From: an uncultured delta proteobacterium
GTDB lineage: Bacteria; Desulfobacterota; Desulfomonilia; Desulfomonilales; Desulfomonilaceae
NCBI GenBank assembly: GCA_963789265.1
Contig: CAWBKB010000001.1
Location: 544,001 to 608,000 of the forward strand
Length of the DNA stretch: 64,000 nt
Reading direction: 5' to 3'
Positions 52,183 through 62,995 of the stretch are shown one piece after another. The position numbers and the translations under genes are program-made. The number at the start of each line of letters is the position of its first letter. Within the stretch, counting starts at the first letter, position 1. The notes below the pieces were generated by a model. The model was given only the letters and a program-made list of their open reading frames with translations, was not told the origin of the DNA and did not search any database.

Positions 52183-52355
52183 TGGAGTCAGAGTCCACGG
52201 AATAACTGTGAACTTCGCGGCCTTTGCCGAAGTCCATCATCAGCGACGGGCTTGGAGGCAAAAAGCATCTTTGCGCGAACACCATATGCCCTAGCGCGAG
52301 TTCGCAGACGAACCTCGCAACAACAGAGACTCCGAGATCAAGAAAGGATTCCGTT

Positions 52356-53238
52356 ATGGCACTGAATTACAAGGTCTTTCAGCACAGCTATATCGGGTTT
52401 AACGGGACCTCCACTCTATTTTACGGAGAGCATGATGCGATTCTGATCGACGCGTGTTTCACCTTGAGTGATGCGCACAGGCTCGCAGCCGGGTTACTGG
52501 AAATGAGAAAGAACATCACACATATTTACATTTCCCATTTCCATCCGGACCACCATTTCGGGTTGGTCGTTCTGCAGTTCGCTTTCCCGACTGCAAAAAT
52601 CGTGGCACTCCCCAGTGTGGTCAAGGACATTATTTTCACTTCCGATGAGAAGATCCATCTCTGGGGGGATATGTACGGAAAGGATGTCCCCGATAAAGTC
52701 GTGTTCCCCTCTCCGCTCTGGAGTGACAAGCTCAATGTCGAAGGCTACGACATAGAGTTTTCGGATGATTGGGACGGGGACAGTGCGAACAACACCATGA
52801 TATGGTGCCCTTCGCTTCGAGTGGCGTGCGGCACGGATATCGTGTACAACGATGCCCACGTCTGGACGGCTGAGAGCGATCTTGCCCGTCGCAACAAATG
52901 GCGGGCGTGTCTCCGAAAGCTGAGAGAGATGAACCCCAGGGTTGTGATTCCGGGCCATTGCTCTACCGAGAAACTCCACCTTGAAGACGCTTCCGGCATT
53001 GACTTCACGCTCAAGTACTTGGATGTGTACCGATGAAGTGTCGTCGAAAGCAAAAACCGGGGACGAACTGGTAGACATGATGGAGAAGCACTTTCCAGGG
53101 ATGAAGGCCATCGATTTCGGCCTCCATTGGCAGGCTCGGTTGCTGTTTCCCAACAGTTGCTCCGACAGGCTTACCAAGCTTCCGGGGATCTTCCACGCGC
53201 CCGGTGGCGAGTACCAGGGAGAAGCTGCCCGATCATAG
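52356..53238 (+). CDS. Metallo-beta-lactamase-fold hydrolase (frameshift near 53031)
   Basis: SHFHPDHHFG, VVIPGH. Removing one C continues YLDVYDEV. Confidence 0.82.
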
Positions 53239-53560
53239 CAAGGATCTCGTCGGTGCCCGTCAATATTTAGGGCGGGTTCGGCGAGGAGAATCCGAGAATA
53301 TGCGATCGCTCTGTCAGCGTCCCTTGCACAAGTCGAGATTACCCATTGCGTGTCGCTCGAAGGCGGGGAATTGGACCGCGTGCAAACTCGATGTTTGGCG
53401 GTGGTTTGACATACCGGCTGATACCAAATCGCGGTCAAAGTTAAAATGAAATCCCCTCTAACCCCCTTTAATAAAGGAGGGCAGGGGGGCACAGGCGTTA
53501 AAATAAGCTTCAAGTCCTCTTCGTCCCGAAGGGACGTCCTGATAATAGCCCGGCGATTTA

Positions 53561-55236
53561 GAGAGTGTCTCAAAACGGTTGTAGTGGCACGATGACGACT
53601 CTCGGGGTGGTAGGGTGCGGTTAATCTCGCACCTTGGCCTCCCTTGTCTCCGACGAGCCGGGGCCGGCTATGAGTATGCCTCAGGCAGCCATGAGTCACT
53701 CTCCGTCCTGATGTCTTAGGCCGCGGTTAGCACCAGACGCCCCGTCAGCCAATGGCTGTAGAGCTTCTTGAGATTCAAGGTGGCGCACATCAAAGACCAT
53801 TGAGCCCTCGCATTGGATAATCCGGACACGGTCCACCGTCTAAAGTCCAAGTGGCTCTTTATCCATGCAAAGACCGGCTCAATGATCACCTTGCGGGCTC
53901 GGAGTAGCGTCTTGCTTTCCGGGACCTCCCGTTTCTTGCGGTGGCGCTCAACTGCGTCACGATAGATGTTAATGTCTATGAGACGGCCATTCTTGCTCTT
54001 GCTGCACTTCCACCGTTCAGGACACGTCAAGTAGTCCCGGCATCGATACCGCCGGATCTCGTTTCCGTTTTTTCCTGTGACTTTCTTCTGAAGAAAGTTC
54101 AGCGATGCGCCTTGCGGACAAATACAGACGTCTCGCTCTTGGTCGTAGACGAACTGGGAAGCGTGATAAGGGTCCCATTGAGCGCCTTTTTCCGCAGCGG
54201 ACTCTCCCGACGACTTGGCGACCAAGACCTCGTACTCCTTCTCTTCGGCCAACGCGATTTGAGCCGATGCGAAGTATCCTGCGTCCGCCACGGTTTCCTC
54301 TGCGGTTGCGCCCAAATTTTCCTGAACTCGATCCAGCATGGGAACAAGCTGCCCATTGTCATTGCCTTCGTCGACCACTTCCTCAGCCACAATCATGCCG
54401 CTTTGTTGGTCTGCCACCGCTTGAGCATTGTAAGAGGGCTCAGTAGACCGCCGGTTCTTCATGTACCGGGCATCCGGCTCGCAGGGATGGACGACCTTCT
54501 TGTCAGTCTTATCCAATTCCTGCAAGGCCTTCTGTATCCGCTCCTTGCGTTTCAACTCGTCCTGCAGGGCTTCGGGAAGACGCCATTCGCCACCCTCCTC
54601 TTGCTCGCACCTCTCTGTCTCCGTCATGACGTCGGCAACGCACTTGTCCAAATTCTCAAGCATCCGCTCCAACTGATCTTGGTTCTTGAACTTCTCCCGA
54701 GATGATCCGACAGGGATCTTGGTTCCATCCAATGCATGAACCGCCATACCTATCAACTCGGCTTTGACTGCCACTTGAACCGATTGTTTGAATATTCCCT
54801 TGAAAACCTTCTTGTTGTCCCTCCAGAATCGCCACAGGGTATTATGATCCGCTGCATTCATACCCGTCAGCCAAATCAATCCCATGTTCTCCATGCATGC
54901 CTTCTCAAGCTTGCGCGATGACCTGATTCTGCTGAAATAGCCGTAGAGCCATGCCTTCAACAAAAGATCGGTACTATAGGGAGGACGGCCCGTTTCGCCA
55001 TTCGGAACTCGAAAACCCAGCACCTCCAAATCCAAGGAATCCACAAAGTCTCCTATGAAGCGCGCTGGATGATCAGGCCCTATCCAGTCATCTATAGCGG
55101 GCGGAAGCAGAAACACCTGCTTGTAGTCGGCTCTGATTTGCGGCATAATCCTTTCCCTCTCCGATTCTCTTTTCACATCTCATTAGTAGAATCGGTTGAG
55201 AATCGCGAGCCCAAAATCGACTTTTGAGACAGTTTC
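53561..55236 (-). mobile_element. IS1182-family insertion sequence
   Basis: TIRs GAGAGTGTCTCAAAA / TTTTGAGACAGTTTC and a 4-bp TTTA duplication. Confidence 0.9.
53716..55146 (-). CDS. IS1182-family DDE transposase
   Basis: LLPP..DW, GRPPY, SSRKLE, ALDGTK, YNAQ, ADAGY, IEPVFAWIK. Confidence 0.93.
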   Translation of the reverse strand: MPQIRADYKQVFLLPPAIDDWIGPDHPARFIGDFVDSLDLEVLGFRVPNGETGRPPYSTDLLLKAWLYGYFSRIRSSRKLEKACMENMGLIWLTGMNAADHNTLWRFWRDNKKVFKGIFKQSVQVAVKAELIGMAVHALDGTKIPVGSSREKFKNQDQLERMLENLDKCVADVMTETERCEQEEGGEWRLPEALQDELKRKERIQKALQELDKTDKKVVHPCEPDARYMKNRRSTEPSYNAQAVADQQSGMIVAEEVVDEGNDNGQLVPMLDRVQENLGATAEETVADAGYFASAQIALAEEKEYEVLVAKSSGESAAEKGAQWDPYHASQFVYDQERDVCICPQGASLNFLQKKVTGKNGNEIRRYRCRDYLTCPERWKCSKSKNGRLIDINIYRDAVERHRKKREVPESKTLLRARKVIIEPVFAWIKSHLDFRRWTVSGLSNARAQWSLMCATLNLKKLYSHWLTGRLVLTAA

Positions 55237-55367
55237 TTTAGTGCCGGGCTACAATCTCGCCCCCCTGTGGGGCTCATAAAGTTGCATGGGTTGCCTCATC
55301 TCGTCTGAACCATTCTGAAACCGGGGCAGCTCAACTGATAATCTGATTTAGTATTAATCATTCGGCC

Positions 55368-55562
55368 AATCATTCACTTACGAGCGGCAAAGGATTGTTA
55401 TTGCGAGCGAAGCGAAGCAATCTCTTCCTTAAAACGCCACTTAGATTGCCAGTGGGACGGGCATCCTGCCCGTCGTCCATAATAGACAGGCAGGATGCCT
55501 GTCCCACTATTTGCTCCTCGCAATGACGAGGTGCAGAAGATCCCCCGCATAAGTGAATGGTT
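55368..55562. repeat. MITE-like element (CATTCACTTA termini) with a nested REP pair
   Basis: AATCATTCACTTA...TAAGTGAATGGTT, the same termini as 59288-59431. Contains AGTGGGACGGGCATCCTGCC...GGCAGGATGCCTGTCCCACT. Confidence 0.75.
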
Positions 55563-55673
55563 TCTCATTCGGCCAAATTATCCTTGACACGGTCGCGAAG
55601 GTCGATGAATAATCACAGGCAGGAAGCGACAGGACTTGAAATAATAAGTTCGAGAATATCGCAGTGTTAGGCA

Positions 55674-56426
55674 ATGCCATCTATTTATGACATTTACGAA
55701 AGAAAGAATTACCGCAACAGGATACCTTTGGCCCAGTCCGTGAGTTTTGAGGTGGAGGTGCGTGAAACAAACCTTCACATCCAGACCCACAGCGATTTGA
55801 ATGCAAAGGCAAAAGACTCGGTTTTCCGTTACAGGTATCAGATTGAGGAATACTTACGCCAGCATCCGGCCTTTCGCGAGACCCCTGCGCCGATTCAGAT
55901 TTACGCATCGGCTCCCGAAATAGTTCGTTACAGCGATCTTTCGAGCCGACAGACCGGAATTGCCCCCATGTCCTGCATGGGCGGCGCAATAGCAGACTTT
56001 GTGGGTCGGGACCTTGCGGAAGATTCCGCTAATTTTGTTGTTGCCAGCGGTGGCGATGCATTTATCAGAAGTTCCATCCCGCTCGATGTGTACCTTTACG
56101 CCCAGGGTTCCCCTTTGCACGAAAGACTTGTTCTGTCTTTACCCATGTTCAAAAAATGCTTCGGCGTTTCCACCTTCGTGCCGGGCAAGGGGGTCCAATC
56201 GGTGACGGTGGTCTCAAGGTCCGCATGCTGGGCCTGCGCGTTTGCCACAGACATAGGGACGCGAATTGCCAGGGGGGAGAGGCTGTCTTCAGTACTGGAC
56301 AGAGCCGAAAGCTATATCGATGTTGGTGGCATTGTGCTGATTGCCGGAGCTACGATCGTAGTGGGCGGAGACATGGTTTTAAGATCGGCCGATGGGGGCT
56401 GTTCCGGCGCTGCCGATAGAGAATAG
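55674..56426 (+). CDS. UPF0280 / ApbE-like protein
   Basis: YERKNYR, VRETNL, PM..MGGAIADFVG, GGDAFI. Confidence 0.7.
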   Translation: MPSIYDIYERKNYRNRIPLAQSVSFEVEVRETNLHIQTHSDLNAKAKDSVFRYRYQIEEYLRQHPAFRETPAPIQIYASAPEIVRYSDLSSRQTGIAPMSCMGGAIADFVGRDLAEDSANFVVASGGDAFIRSSIPLDVYLYAQGSPLHERLVLSLPMFKKCFGVSTFVPGKGVQSVTVVSRSACWACAFATDIGTRIARGERLSSVLDRAESYIDVGGIVLIAGATIVVGGDMVLRSADGGCSGAADRE

Positions 56427-56427
56427 T

Positions 56428-56934
56428 ATGAAAATCGGAGTGTTATCTGATACCCATCTGAGGTCTCCGAATCCCGGTTTGGAATACATACTTCAAGAGC
56501 TGCTGGCGGATGTGGAAATCATGCTCCACGCAGGGGACATCGTTGGCCGCCAAGTGCTGGACCGGCTCGAGATGAACGGAGTCTTGGCTGTCTGCGGTAA
56601 CATGGACGATCATGAAGTCGCTCGAGCCATTCCACAGGTTAGGACTATTCCAGCAGCAAGAAAACGAATTGCGTTGATCCACGGATGGGGTTCAAGGGAT
56701 GGCCTCGAGCAAAGGATACTAGGGCAGTTTCGGCACGACAAGCCGGATCTGATCGTTTATGGTCACTCTCACGTTCCCTTCTGGGGAGAGGTGGACGGGA
56801 TTCTCATGTTCAACCCCGGCTCGGCGCGCCAAGGTCGGTATATGGAGAGCGGAACAGTCGGGCTGATCGAAATAATAGACGGAAACATTTCTGGAAGAAT
56901 CTTGTCGGTGGATCAGGACAAAGGCTCTCATTGA
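56428..56934 (+). CDS. YfcE-like metallophosphoesterase
   Basis: LSDTH, HAGD, GNMD, HG, GHSH, NPGS. Confidence 0.9.
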   Translation: MKIGVLSDTHLRSPNPGLEYILQELLADVEIMLHAGDIVGRQVLDRLEMNGVLAVCGNMDDHEVARAIPQVRTIPAARKRIALIHGWGSRDGLEQRILGQFRHDKPDLIVYGHSHVPFWGEVDGILMFNPGSARQGRYMESGTVGLIEIIDGNISGRILSVDQDKGSH

Positions 56935-57101
56935 ACGCTTCGCCTCAGCGCGGTGCGTATGATGCAGACGGAGTTAAAGATATCCGGAGACCCAATGTGG
57001 TCTAAAGGCTGATTTTCTGGGCGCGCGGCGGAACGAGCCGCACTTCAGGCTGAAGCACGGTGGAATGATTTCAAGTTATAGCGGATGACATACTGAAAAA
57101 A

Positions 57102-57596
57102 ATGGAGAGAATCTGGGCCCCTTGGCGCATAGACTATGTCGCTGGAGGAAAGAAGGAACCGGGGTGCATCTTCTGCGATAAGCCGGCGTCCCGCGAAGAT
57201 GACACCAATTTGATCGTTCATCGCGCCCGTGGAGTCTTCACCATGATGAACAAATTTCCGTACACCAATGGCCATCTCCTCGTTTCGCCTTACAAGCATG
57301 TCGAAGACATTTGCTTGCTGGAGCCCGAGGAAAACGGTCTGATCGCCCAGGAATTGTGTCGTGCCGTCCAAGTACTAAGGGCGATCATGCGTCCGGAAGG
57401 ATTCAATATTGGAATCAATCTCGGAGTTGTCGCCGGCGCGGGTATTCACGAACACTTGCACTATCATGTGGTTCCCCGCTGGAGCGGTGACACAAATATT
57501 ATGCCTGTACTGGCCGATATCAGGGTCATTCCGGAACACCTCCTGAGCACCTGCTTGAAGCTCAGAGACGGTTTCCATAGCTTGTTCGCCGAATAG
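57102..57596 (+). CDS. HIT-family protein (Ap4A phosphorylase-like)
   Basis: WAPWR, CIFC, NKFPYTNGH, AGAGI, HLHYHVVPRW. Confidence 0.9.
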   Translation: MERIWAPWRIDYVAGGKKEPGCIFCDKPASREDDTNLIVHRARGVFTMMNKFPYTNGHLLVSPYKHVEDICLLEPEENGLIAQELCRAVQVLRAIMRPEGFNIGINLGVVAGAGIHEHLHYHVVPRWSGDTNIMPVLADIRVIPEHLLSTCLKLRDGFHSLFAE

Positions 57597-57613
57597 GTGC
57601 GAGAGGTGTGCAA

Positions 57614-58036
57614 ATGAAGTTGATCAAGAGGCTCATCGAACTGGCCTTTGTCATATTGATTCTCTCTTTGTTCATGAAGAACAAGGACGTTGAATTACAG
57701 ATCACTTATTTTGGTTTGTCCGCCCCAATCAAGGTGGCTTTTTGGGAGTTGGTAACTATTTGCGTCTCAGTCGGCGTAATAATCGCAGCAGTCGGCGAGT
57801 TTATCACTCAGCGGAAATGGCTGGGGGAACGACGCAGGATGATAAAAACCGACCAAGAGCATCAAGCTGAGGTCGGTCGTCTGAACGCTCGCATACAAGG
57901 CTTGGAATCCGAGAATAAGCGCCTTAAAGGGGAATTGGGAGAAAAGTCCGAACAACTTGCCGCTTCTCAGAAGCAGGAACCAGCCCCAATCGGCGTAGAC
58001 GAGCCGTCTACCGGAGGGGCGGCGCTTGACGCCTAG
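57614..58036 (+). CDS. LapA/DUF1049-like membrane protein
   Basis: Two TM helices followed by a coiled coil. Confidence 0.6.
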   Translation: MKLIKRLIELAFVILILSLFMKNKDVELQITYFGLSAPIKVAFWELVTICVSVGVIIAAVGEFITQRKWLGERRRMIKTDQEHQAEVGRLNARIQGLESENKRLKGELGEKSEQLAASQKQEPAPIGVDEPSTGGAALDA

Positions 58037-58045
58037 ATACAACGT

Positions 58046-58985
58046 ATGGAAATCATTCGTGTTCGCGAGAAGATCTATCAGAATTTCAATGCCCCGTCAG
58101 TTGCTCTGGGAAACTTCGATGGAGTGCATCTTGGGCATCAGGAGATCATTAGGCGAACTGTTGAAGCGGCACACCGGAAGGGCCTGGAGAGCATAGTATA
58201 CACGTTTGATCCTCACCCGCGTTTAGTCTTGAATACTGCCCCTGAAGTTCCCAGAATAACTACCCCGAGTGAAAGAGCCGACATTCTGGAACACCTGGGA
58301 ATTGACGTCCTAATCCTCGCTGAATTCACAAAAGAATTTGCAGCTCAGTCGGCTGAAGAGTTCGTGGAAAACGTCCTCGTGGAGGAACTCGGGACACGCA
58401 ACTTGTTTATTGGGGAGAACTATCGTTTCGGCAAGGGGCGGACAGGCAATCCTCAGACTCTCAAGAAAATGGCCCCTGAGCTGGGATTCGTCGTTCATGT
58501 CGTACCGCCGGTGAAAGTCGAAGGGGCGGTTGTATCTTCAAGTAGAATTCGAGAGTACCCTGATGCGAGGGGACATACGCCAAGCCAACAGGCTCCTGGG
58601 CCGGGAATTCACCATTGAAGGGCGGGTAATTCACGGTCACCACCGCGGCAAAGCGCTGGGATTTCCAACCGCAAACATAAGACCGGAAGTGAAGCTTCAC
58701 CCTCCCGAAGGAGTGTACGCCGTCTATTGTCGAGTTGGAGAAACCAAGCACCTCGGCGTGATGAATATTGGCTATAATCCCACATTCAGAGACCGACGTG
58801 TGTCGTATGAGGTTCACATCCTTGATTTTGATCGGGACCTTTATGGAGACATCATACGGGTCTATCTGGTGGACCGGTTACGAGCCGAAATGACTTTCAG
58901 CAGAGTAGAAGACTTGAAGGCCCAGATTCATGAAGACGTTATCCGCGGCAGGGAAATACTGACCAACGGACCGCGGATGCCTTAG
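58046..58985 (+). CDS. ribF: Bifunctional riboflavin kinase / FAD synthetase (frameshift near 58558)
   Basis: GNFDGVHLGH and VSSSRIR in the first ORF; GFPTAN, GVY and EVHILDF in the second. Removing one C joins them. Confidence 0.93.
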
Positions 58986-59057
58986 GTCGTCACAGCAAGT
59001 CTTCAGGGCATTTTCCGCTATTCTATTCAGGAAAACGTGCCAAGCCGGGTCAATGAC

Positions 59058-59252
59058 ATGATCCAATCGCCAAAAGAAAATACAGTATTTGGGCTCCCTG
59101 ACGATCTGATAGAGCAGGTGACCGAACTGGCCGACCGACTCGGAGAATCCCCGCGAGACATAGTGATCGCCGCGGTGGAACACTTCACCCGTATCCCCGA
59201 AGAGCGCCGTAAGGCGGTTCTAAAGGCTACTTCACTGAGACGCCGCTCTTAA
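59058..59252 (+). CDS. Small ribbon-helix-helix-like protein
   Basis: FGLPDDLIEQVTELADRLGESPRDIVIAAV fits the RHH pattern. Confidence 0.55.
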   Translation: MIQSPKENTVFGLPDDLIEQVTELADRLGESPRDIVIAAVEHFTRIPEERRKAVLKATSLRRRS

Positions 59253-59287
59253 TACGGCACCTGAAAGTTTCGATGGGGTGTTGGTGG

Positions 59288-59431
59288 TAACCATTCACTT
59301 ACGAGGGGGAATTGTCGAACCCCTGTCATTGCGAGGAGTGAAACGACGAAGCAATCTAAGTCCTTAGGGGAAGAGATTGCTTCGCTTCGCTCGCAATGAC
59401 AATCTTTCGACGCACGTAAGTGAATGGATAC
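59288..59431. repeat. MITE-like palindromic element
   Basis: CCATTCACTTACG...CGTAAGTGAATGG enclosing the GTCATTGCGAG...CTCGCAATGAC core. Confidence 0.8.
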
Positions 59432-59461
59432 TGCTGGTGGACGGCCACCGCATCAATTATG

Positions 59462-60268
59462 TCAATGCCGCCCTTTCACACTTGGTAAACACCACACTTC
59501 TTTGATTTTGCACAATCTTTCCAGCATCCCTTTGTATTCTTTATTAATAGCCGCTCTTTCCGTCAGGCCGAGAGGCTGGATGATATATCCAAAGGTCCCG
59601 GGAAGTATGACTTGAGGATACATGCTACTGGGACCGGGTTTCCCGCCTATGTCTTTATTTGAAACATTGGGGGCGGTGTACATGACGTGCGGCATGTTGA
59701 AGGTGCCGACTTTGTCGCCTTTATCCGGGTTTTGGTACGTTCTCAGGATCGGGGACAACATGTATGAGATGGAGGTTCGTTCCGGCCCTTTATAGTATCC
59801 TGTTTTGAGACGGTCCTTCATGATTTTCCTCAGCTTGCCGGGAGGCGTACCCTTCGCCTGCATCTCGGCTATGTCGAAGTCGACTCGCATTTCTGCCCTG
59901 GAGCCTGCTTCATCAAAGGAAATAGGGACGAGAACATCATCTCTATATTCTGTGAAAGGCCAGGATCCTCTAAGCGCATCGTCGGCAGTTCGAGCAACCA
60001 GGGTGTGAAATCCATTAGTACCCTTGCGTGCAACTTCAAAGCCTTTGTGAAGGTTTAAAACGTATACTGTTGCATTGTCTCTGAGGTGCGGCGGCAATGC
60101 ACTAAGCGCGAGCTGAATTTCTAAATCGCGCGGTAACGGCTCGACTTTATTCTTCCCATTGAGAGTTTGTTTGTCTTCCGCTCTCCCTGTAAGCGAGAAC
60201 AACACAACGAGAGTGATGACGAGCAATCCTAAGAAAACTTTCACGTGCTTCGCGCTCGAAGGGGCCAT
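59462..60268 (-). CDS. Secreted hypothetical protein
   Basis: 268-aa ORF with a signal peptide; EIQLALSALPPHLR, SYMLS, PHVM. Confidence 0.75.
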   Translation of the reverse strand: MAPSSAKHVKVFLGLLVITLVVLFSLTGRAEDKQTLNGKNKVEPLPRDLEIQLALSALPPHLRDNATVYVLNLHKGFEVARKGTNGFHTLVARTADDALRGSWPFTEYRDDVLVPISFDEAGSRAEMRVDFDIAEMQAKGTPPGKLRKIMKDRLKTGYYKGPERTSISYMLSPILRTYQNPDKGDKVGTFNMPHVMYTAPNVSNKDIGGKPGPSSMYPQVILPGTFGYIIQPLGLTERAAINKEYKGMLERLCKIKEVWCLPSVKGRH

Positions 60269-60435
60269 TATTAGTTACAGTCCAATTTTCCATGATTAAT
60301 TCCTCCATTCGTGACGAGGGTTGGTGGATCATTCCACCCATCAATTTCTCGTCCATTTTGGGTCAATTCTCCCAATTCGAGGGTCTTCGTCTTCAGGAAC
60401 CATGCTGCAAAATTCCACCGGGTCAATCGCTGGGA

Positions 60436-60813
60436 TTATTCTTCTTCAAGCACGGACAAAATATTACCGGCCGGGTCTTTAAACCAAGCTATCTTCGGCC
60501 CTCCGCTGCGGTGTATGCCTTTTTCGTCCGTCTTGATGCTAGGCCCGTCGTAGATTTCGAACCGCACCCCTCGCTTGACTAGCCCCTGCACGGCTTCGTC
60601 GATATTGTCCACTGGAAAATTCAGAATGGTAAAGGTTGCCGGCGCGTGATTGGGTTTGGGATATATGAGCACGGATGTGCCGCCTGCAAGATGTAGTTTC
60701 AACAGGCCGTGAGATTCCGATATCTCCAGGCCGAGCGTTCCGCCGTAGAAATCCTCCGCCTTTTTTATGTCGTCAACTGAAAAACCGCTGAATGCCTTAC
60801 TCTCTTTTAACAT
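60436..60813 (-). CDS. VOC/glyoxalase family protein
   Basis: [37 protein letters not shown]. Confidence 0.9.
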   Translation of the reverse strand: MLKESKAFSGFSVDDIKKAEDFYGGTLGLEISESHGLLKLHLAGGTSVLIYPKPNHAPATFTILNFPVDNIDEAVQGLVKRGVRFEIYDGPSIKTDEKGIHRSGGPKIAWFKDPAGNILSVLEEE

Positions 60814-61122
60814 TGAACTACTCCTTCTCTTAATTATGGACCGTCAAGCATCATGCACGCCTAAGACGCTTGCCGTCAGGAATCCATCAAATGGTGCCGG
60901 CATTGCTACAATTTATTTTCCCTCGTCAATTCTTCTTTCAAATGCAGTTCTGGTTGCCGCCGGACCGGAGGGCAAGTCTTCTCTTGGCGCATCTGCGGCT
61001 TCATGACACCCGAATGTAGCCCAAAATGAACCAGAATCGAGCTTGACTCCAAGCCCTCCTGAACCACCACAACTCTGCGCTGATTTAGCTCGGTTGTGCT
61101 GGGCAAAGACCGACGTGCATCA

Positions 61123-61665
61123 TCATCGCTTCCTGGTCACGGTCATTTCACTCATTTTCTCTTCCTTGCCTCCTTTGGAGGTGAGGTACATTTCATAGTT
61201 CAGAGTGTCGTCATCCACGATCCTGGTCACGCTGCGCCATACCGTGGGACCTCTGACCGGATCGTTATAGCTGCATACCTGCGTAATGGTTTTGCCATCC
61301 TCGCCGGCAGTTCCCTCAAAATAATAGATAGCGGTACTCATCGAATCGATCCAGGTCGATACGTACTTATGAGCGTGGTTGTCGTATCCGATAAGGTTGA
61401 TGCCGGTGAACGAACTCCCCATCATCTCACCAATGTACTTCTGCTGCAGGTAACGTCCGTCAAAGAGCACTTTTTGCTCACACGTGCCTGTTCCTTCCAT
61501 TGGCGGCTTGTCGGGCTCCATCCATACCCTGGTCCTGGTGGTCCAAGTTCCAACCAGTTTCGCAAGCATCTTGTGGGGTGCGCCGGGGATTCCCAGTTTC
61601 TGGTACACTTCCATCATCGCCTGCATGTCCATCTTGCCTTCTTGCTTCTCTTCTTCGGGCATCAT
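61123..61665 (-). CDS. DUF1579 family protein
   Basis: PGAPHKMLAKLVGTW, GYDN..KYVSTWIDSMST; RBS AAGGAGG. Confidence 0.8.
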   Translation of the reverse strand: MMPEEEKQEGKMDMQAMMEVYQKLGIPGAPHKMLAKLVGTWTTRTRVWMEPDKPPMEGTGTCEQKVLFDGRYLQQKYIGEMMGSSFTGINLIGYDNHAHKYVSTWIDSMSTAIYYFEGTAGEDGKTITQVCSYNDPVRGPTVWRSVTRIVDDDTLNYEMYLTSKGGKEEKMSEMTVTRKR

Positions 61666-62049
61666 AGACCTCCTTGTCGATCCGTTCACCAGCCCCGCCG
61701 CGGGCTGGGTTATAGTGAACGTGATCCCTCTCACACCGGCCTCTATTTCAGTTTGCCGATGCGGTCGGACCCTGCAAAATTTCTCGACTGCGCTCCATCT
61801 GGAATTAAACGTTGCGCAAAAAAATTATGTGAGAGCTACCAGATCAGAAATTCCTTTCAATAGATAAGTCCACCACTCAAAGTCGGGCACTTATTAGGAG
61901 TGTATACACCTATTTCTCTTTGGCAACAGGACAACGGAATTATCCCAAAATTTCACTGGCTCAGCGTTGCCGACAGATCGGAGATCGAGCAATTGCTGCC
62001 AGGAAGGGGAGCTCGGATGAGGGGATGGACACGCTACGTACTTTTTAGC

Positions 62050-62078
62050 TTGACATTGCAAGACGACCGGTCTACTAT
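62050..62078 (+). promoter_or_regulatory. Sigma-70 promoter with overlapping TetR operator
   Basis: TTGACA-N17-TACTAT, with AGACGACCGGTCTA lying between the boxes and overlapping the -10. Confidence 0.7.
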
Positions 62079-62106
62079 TTAATCTCCGATGCGAGATCAC
62101 AAGACC

Positions 62107-62692
62107 ATGACCAAAGAATCGACCAAAGACAGAATACTCGCCCACGCGGCTCAGTTAATCCGAAAGAAAGGATTCAACAATACCGGCATTCAGGAGATTC
62201 TTCAAAGTGCCGGTGTGCCCAAGGGATCATTCTATTTCTACTTCAAAAGTAAAGGCGACCTGGGTTCTGGCTTTGATCGATTATCATGCCAAGGCTCTGG
62301 CCGAGAGGAACGCATCGATTTTCCAGAGCATGGAGACCCCGCCGCTGGGAAGGCTTGAAAAATTCTTTGAGGCAGGTCGCGCTCTGTGTGATCGGGAAGA
62401 GGGAAGGGCTGGGTGTCCCATCGGGAACTTGACACAGGAAATGGGCATTCTAAGCGATGCGTTTCAGACAAGGCTCAAGAGGGTGTTTAGCGGCATGAAG
62501 GGAGTGATCAGGCAATGCCTGGAGGAAGCACAGACCCGAAATGAGATCGACTCAGGGCTCGACGCGGATGAAACCGCGGATTTCATCCTGAATAGCTGGC
62601 AGGGCGCCCTGCTCCGAATGAAGGCCGAAGGGAACACCCAGCCGCTTCTTCTTTTTGAGAAGATGGTGTTCGGATGTGTTCTGAAGCGGTAA
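62107..62692 (+). CDS. TetR/NemR-like transcriptional regulator (frameshift near 62268)
   Basis: GVPKGSFYFYFKSK HTH in the first ORF; GCPIGNL and WQGALL in the second. Removing one T joins them. Confidence 0.88.
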
Positions 62693-62712
62693 TTTTTTTT
62701 ACCGGAATAAAA

Positions 62713-62724
62713 TAGACCGGTCTA
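62713..62724. promoter_or_regulatory. Second TetR operator
   Basis: Perfect palindrome TAGACCGGTCTA, sharing GACCGGTCTACTA with the promoter site. Confidence 0.7.
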
Positions 62725-62751
62725 CTAACCTAACCGTCCCAAATAAGTTCA

Positions 62752-62911
62752 GGTTTTCGTAAATACGGTCGCGGATCTTCACAGTGGAGATTGCTTTCCC
62801 GCCGGGCGCGGGATTTCACTCCTCGCAACGACATTTCCACTACCTGTCATTGCGAGCGTAGCGAAGCAATCTTCTTCCGTATCGGGTCTTAACGTCACCG
62901 TACTTGTGAAA
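62752..62911 (-). repeat. Inverted copy of the 5313-5462 element
   Basis: Colinear with the reverse complement of 5313-5462, plus a small inserted hairpin TCCCGCCGGGCGCGGGA. Confidence 0.8.
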
Positions 62912-62995
62912 CTGTGAACTAAGTCTTTCTCCGCAGGGTCCCTGCGGACCGAAGCCGCGCTGGCGCGGCAACCATAACAATCTGGAGGCATCATT

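Noticed and set aside
52494..53699. 401-aa minus-strand ORF
   Set aside because: Antisense to the MBL gene and crosses repeats and the IS end; a shadow ORF.
58046..58985. Split ribF, and other split genes, as pseudogenes or programmed frameshifts
   Set aside because: No consistent slippery sites, and the pattern is window-wide, so sequencing indels are more likely.
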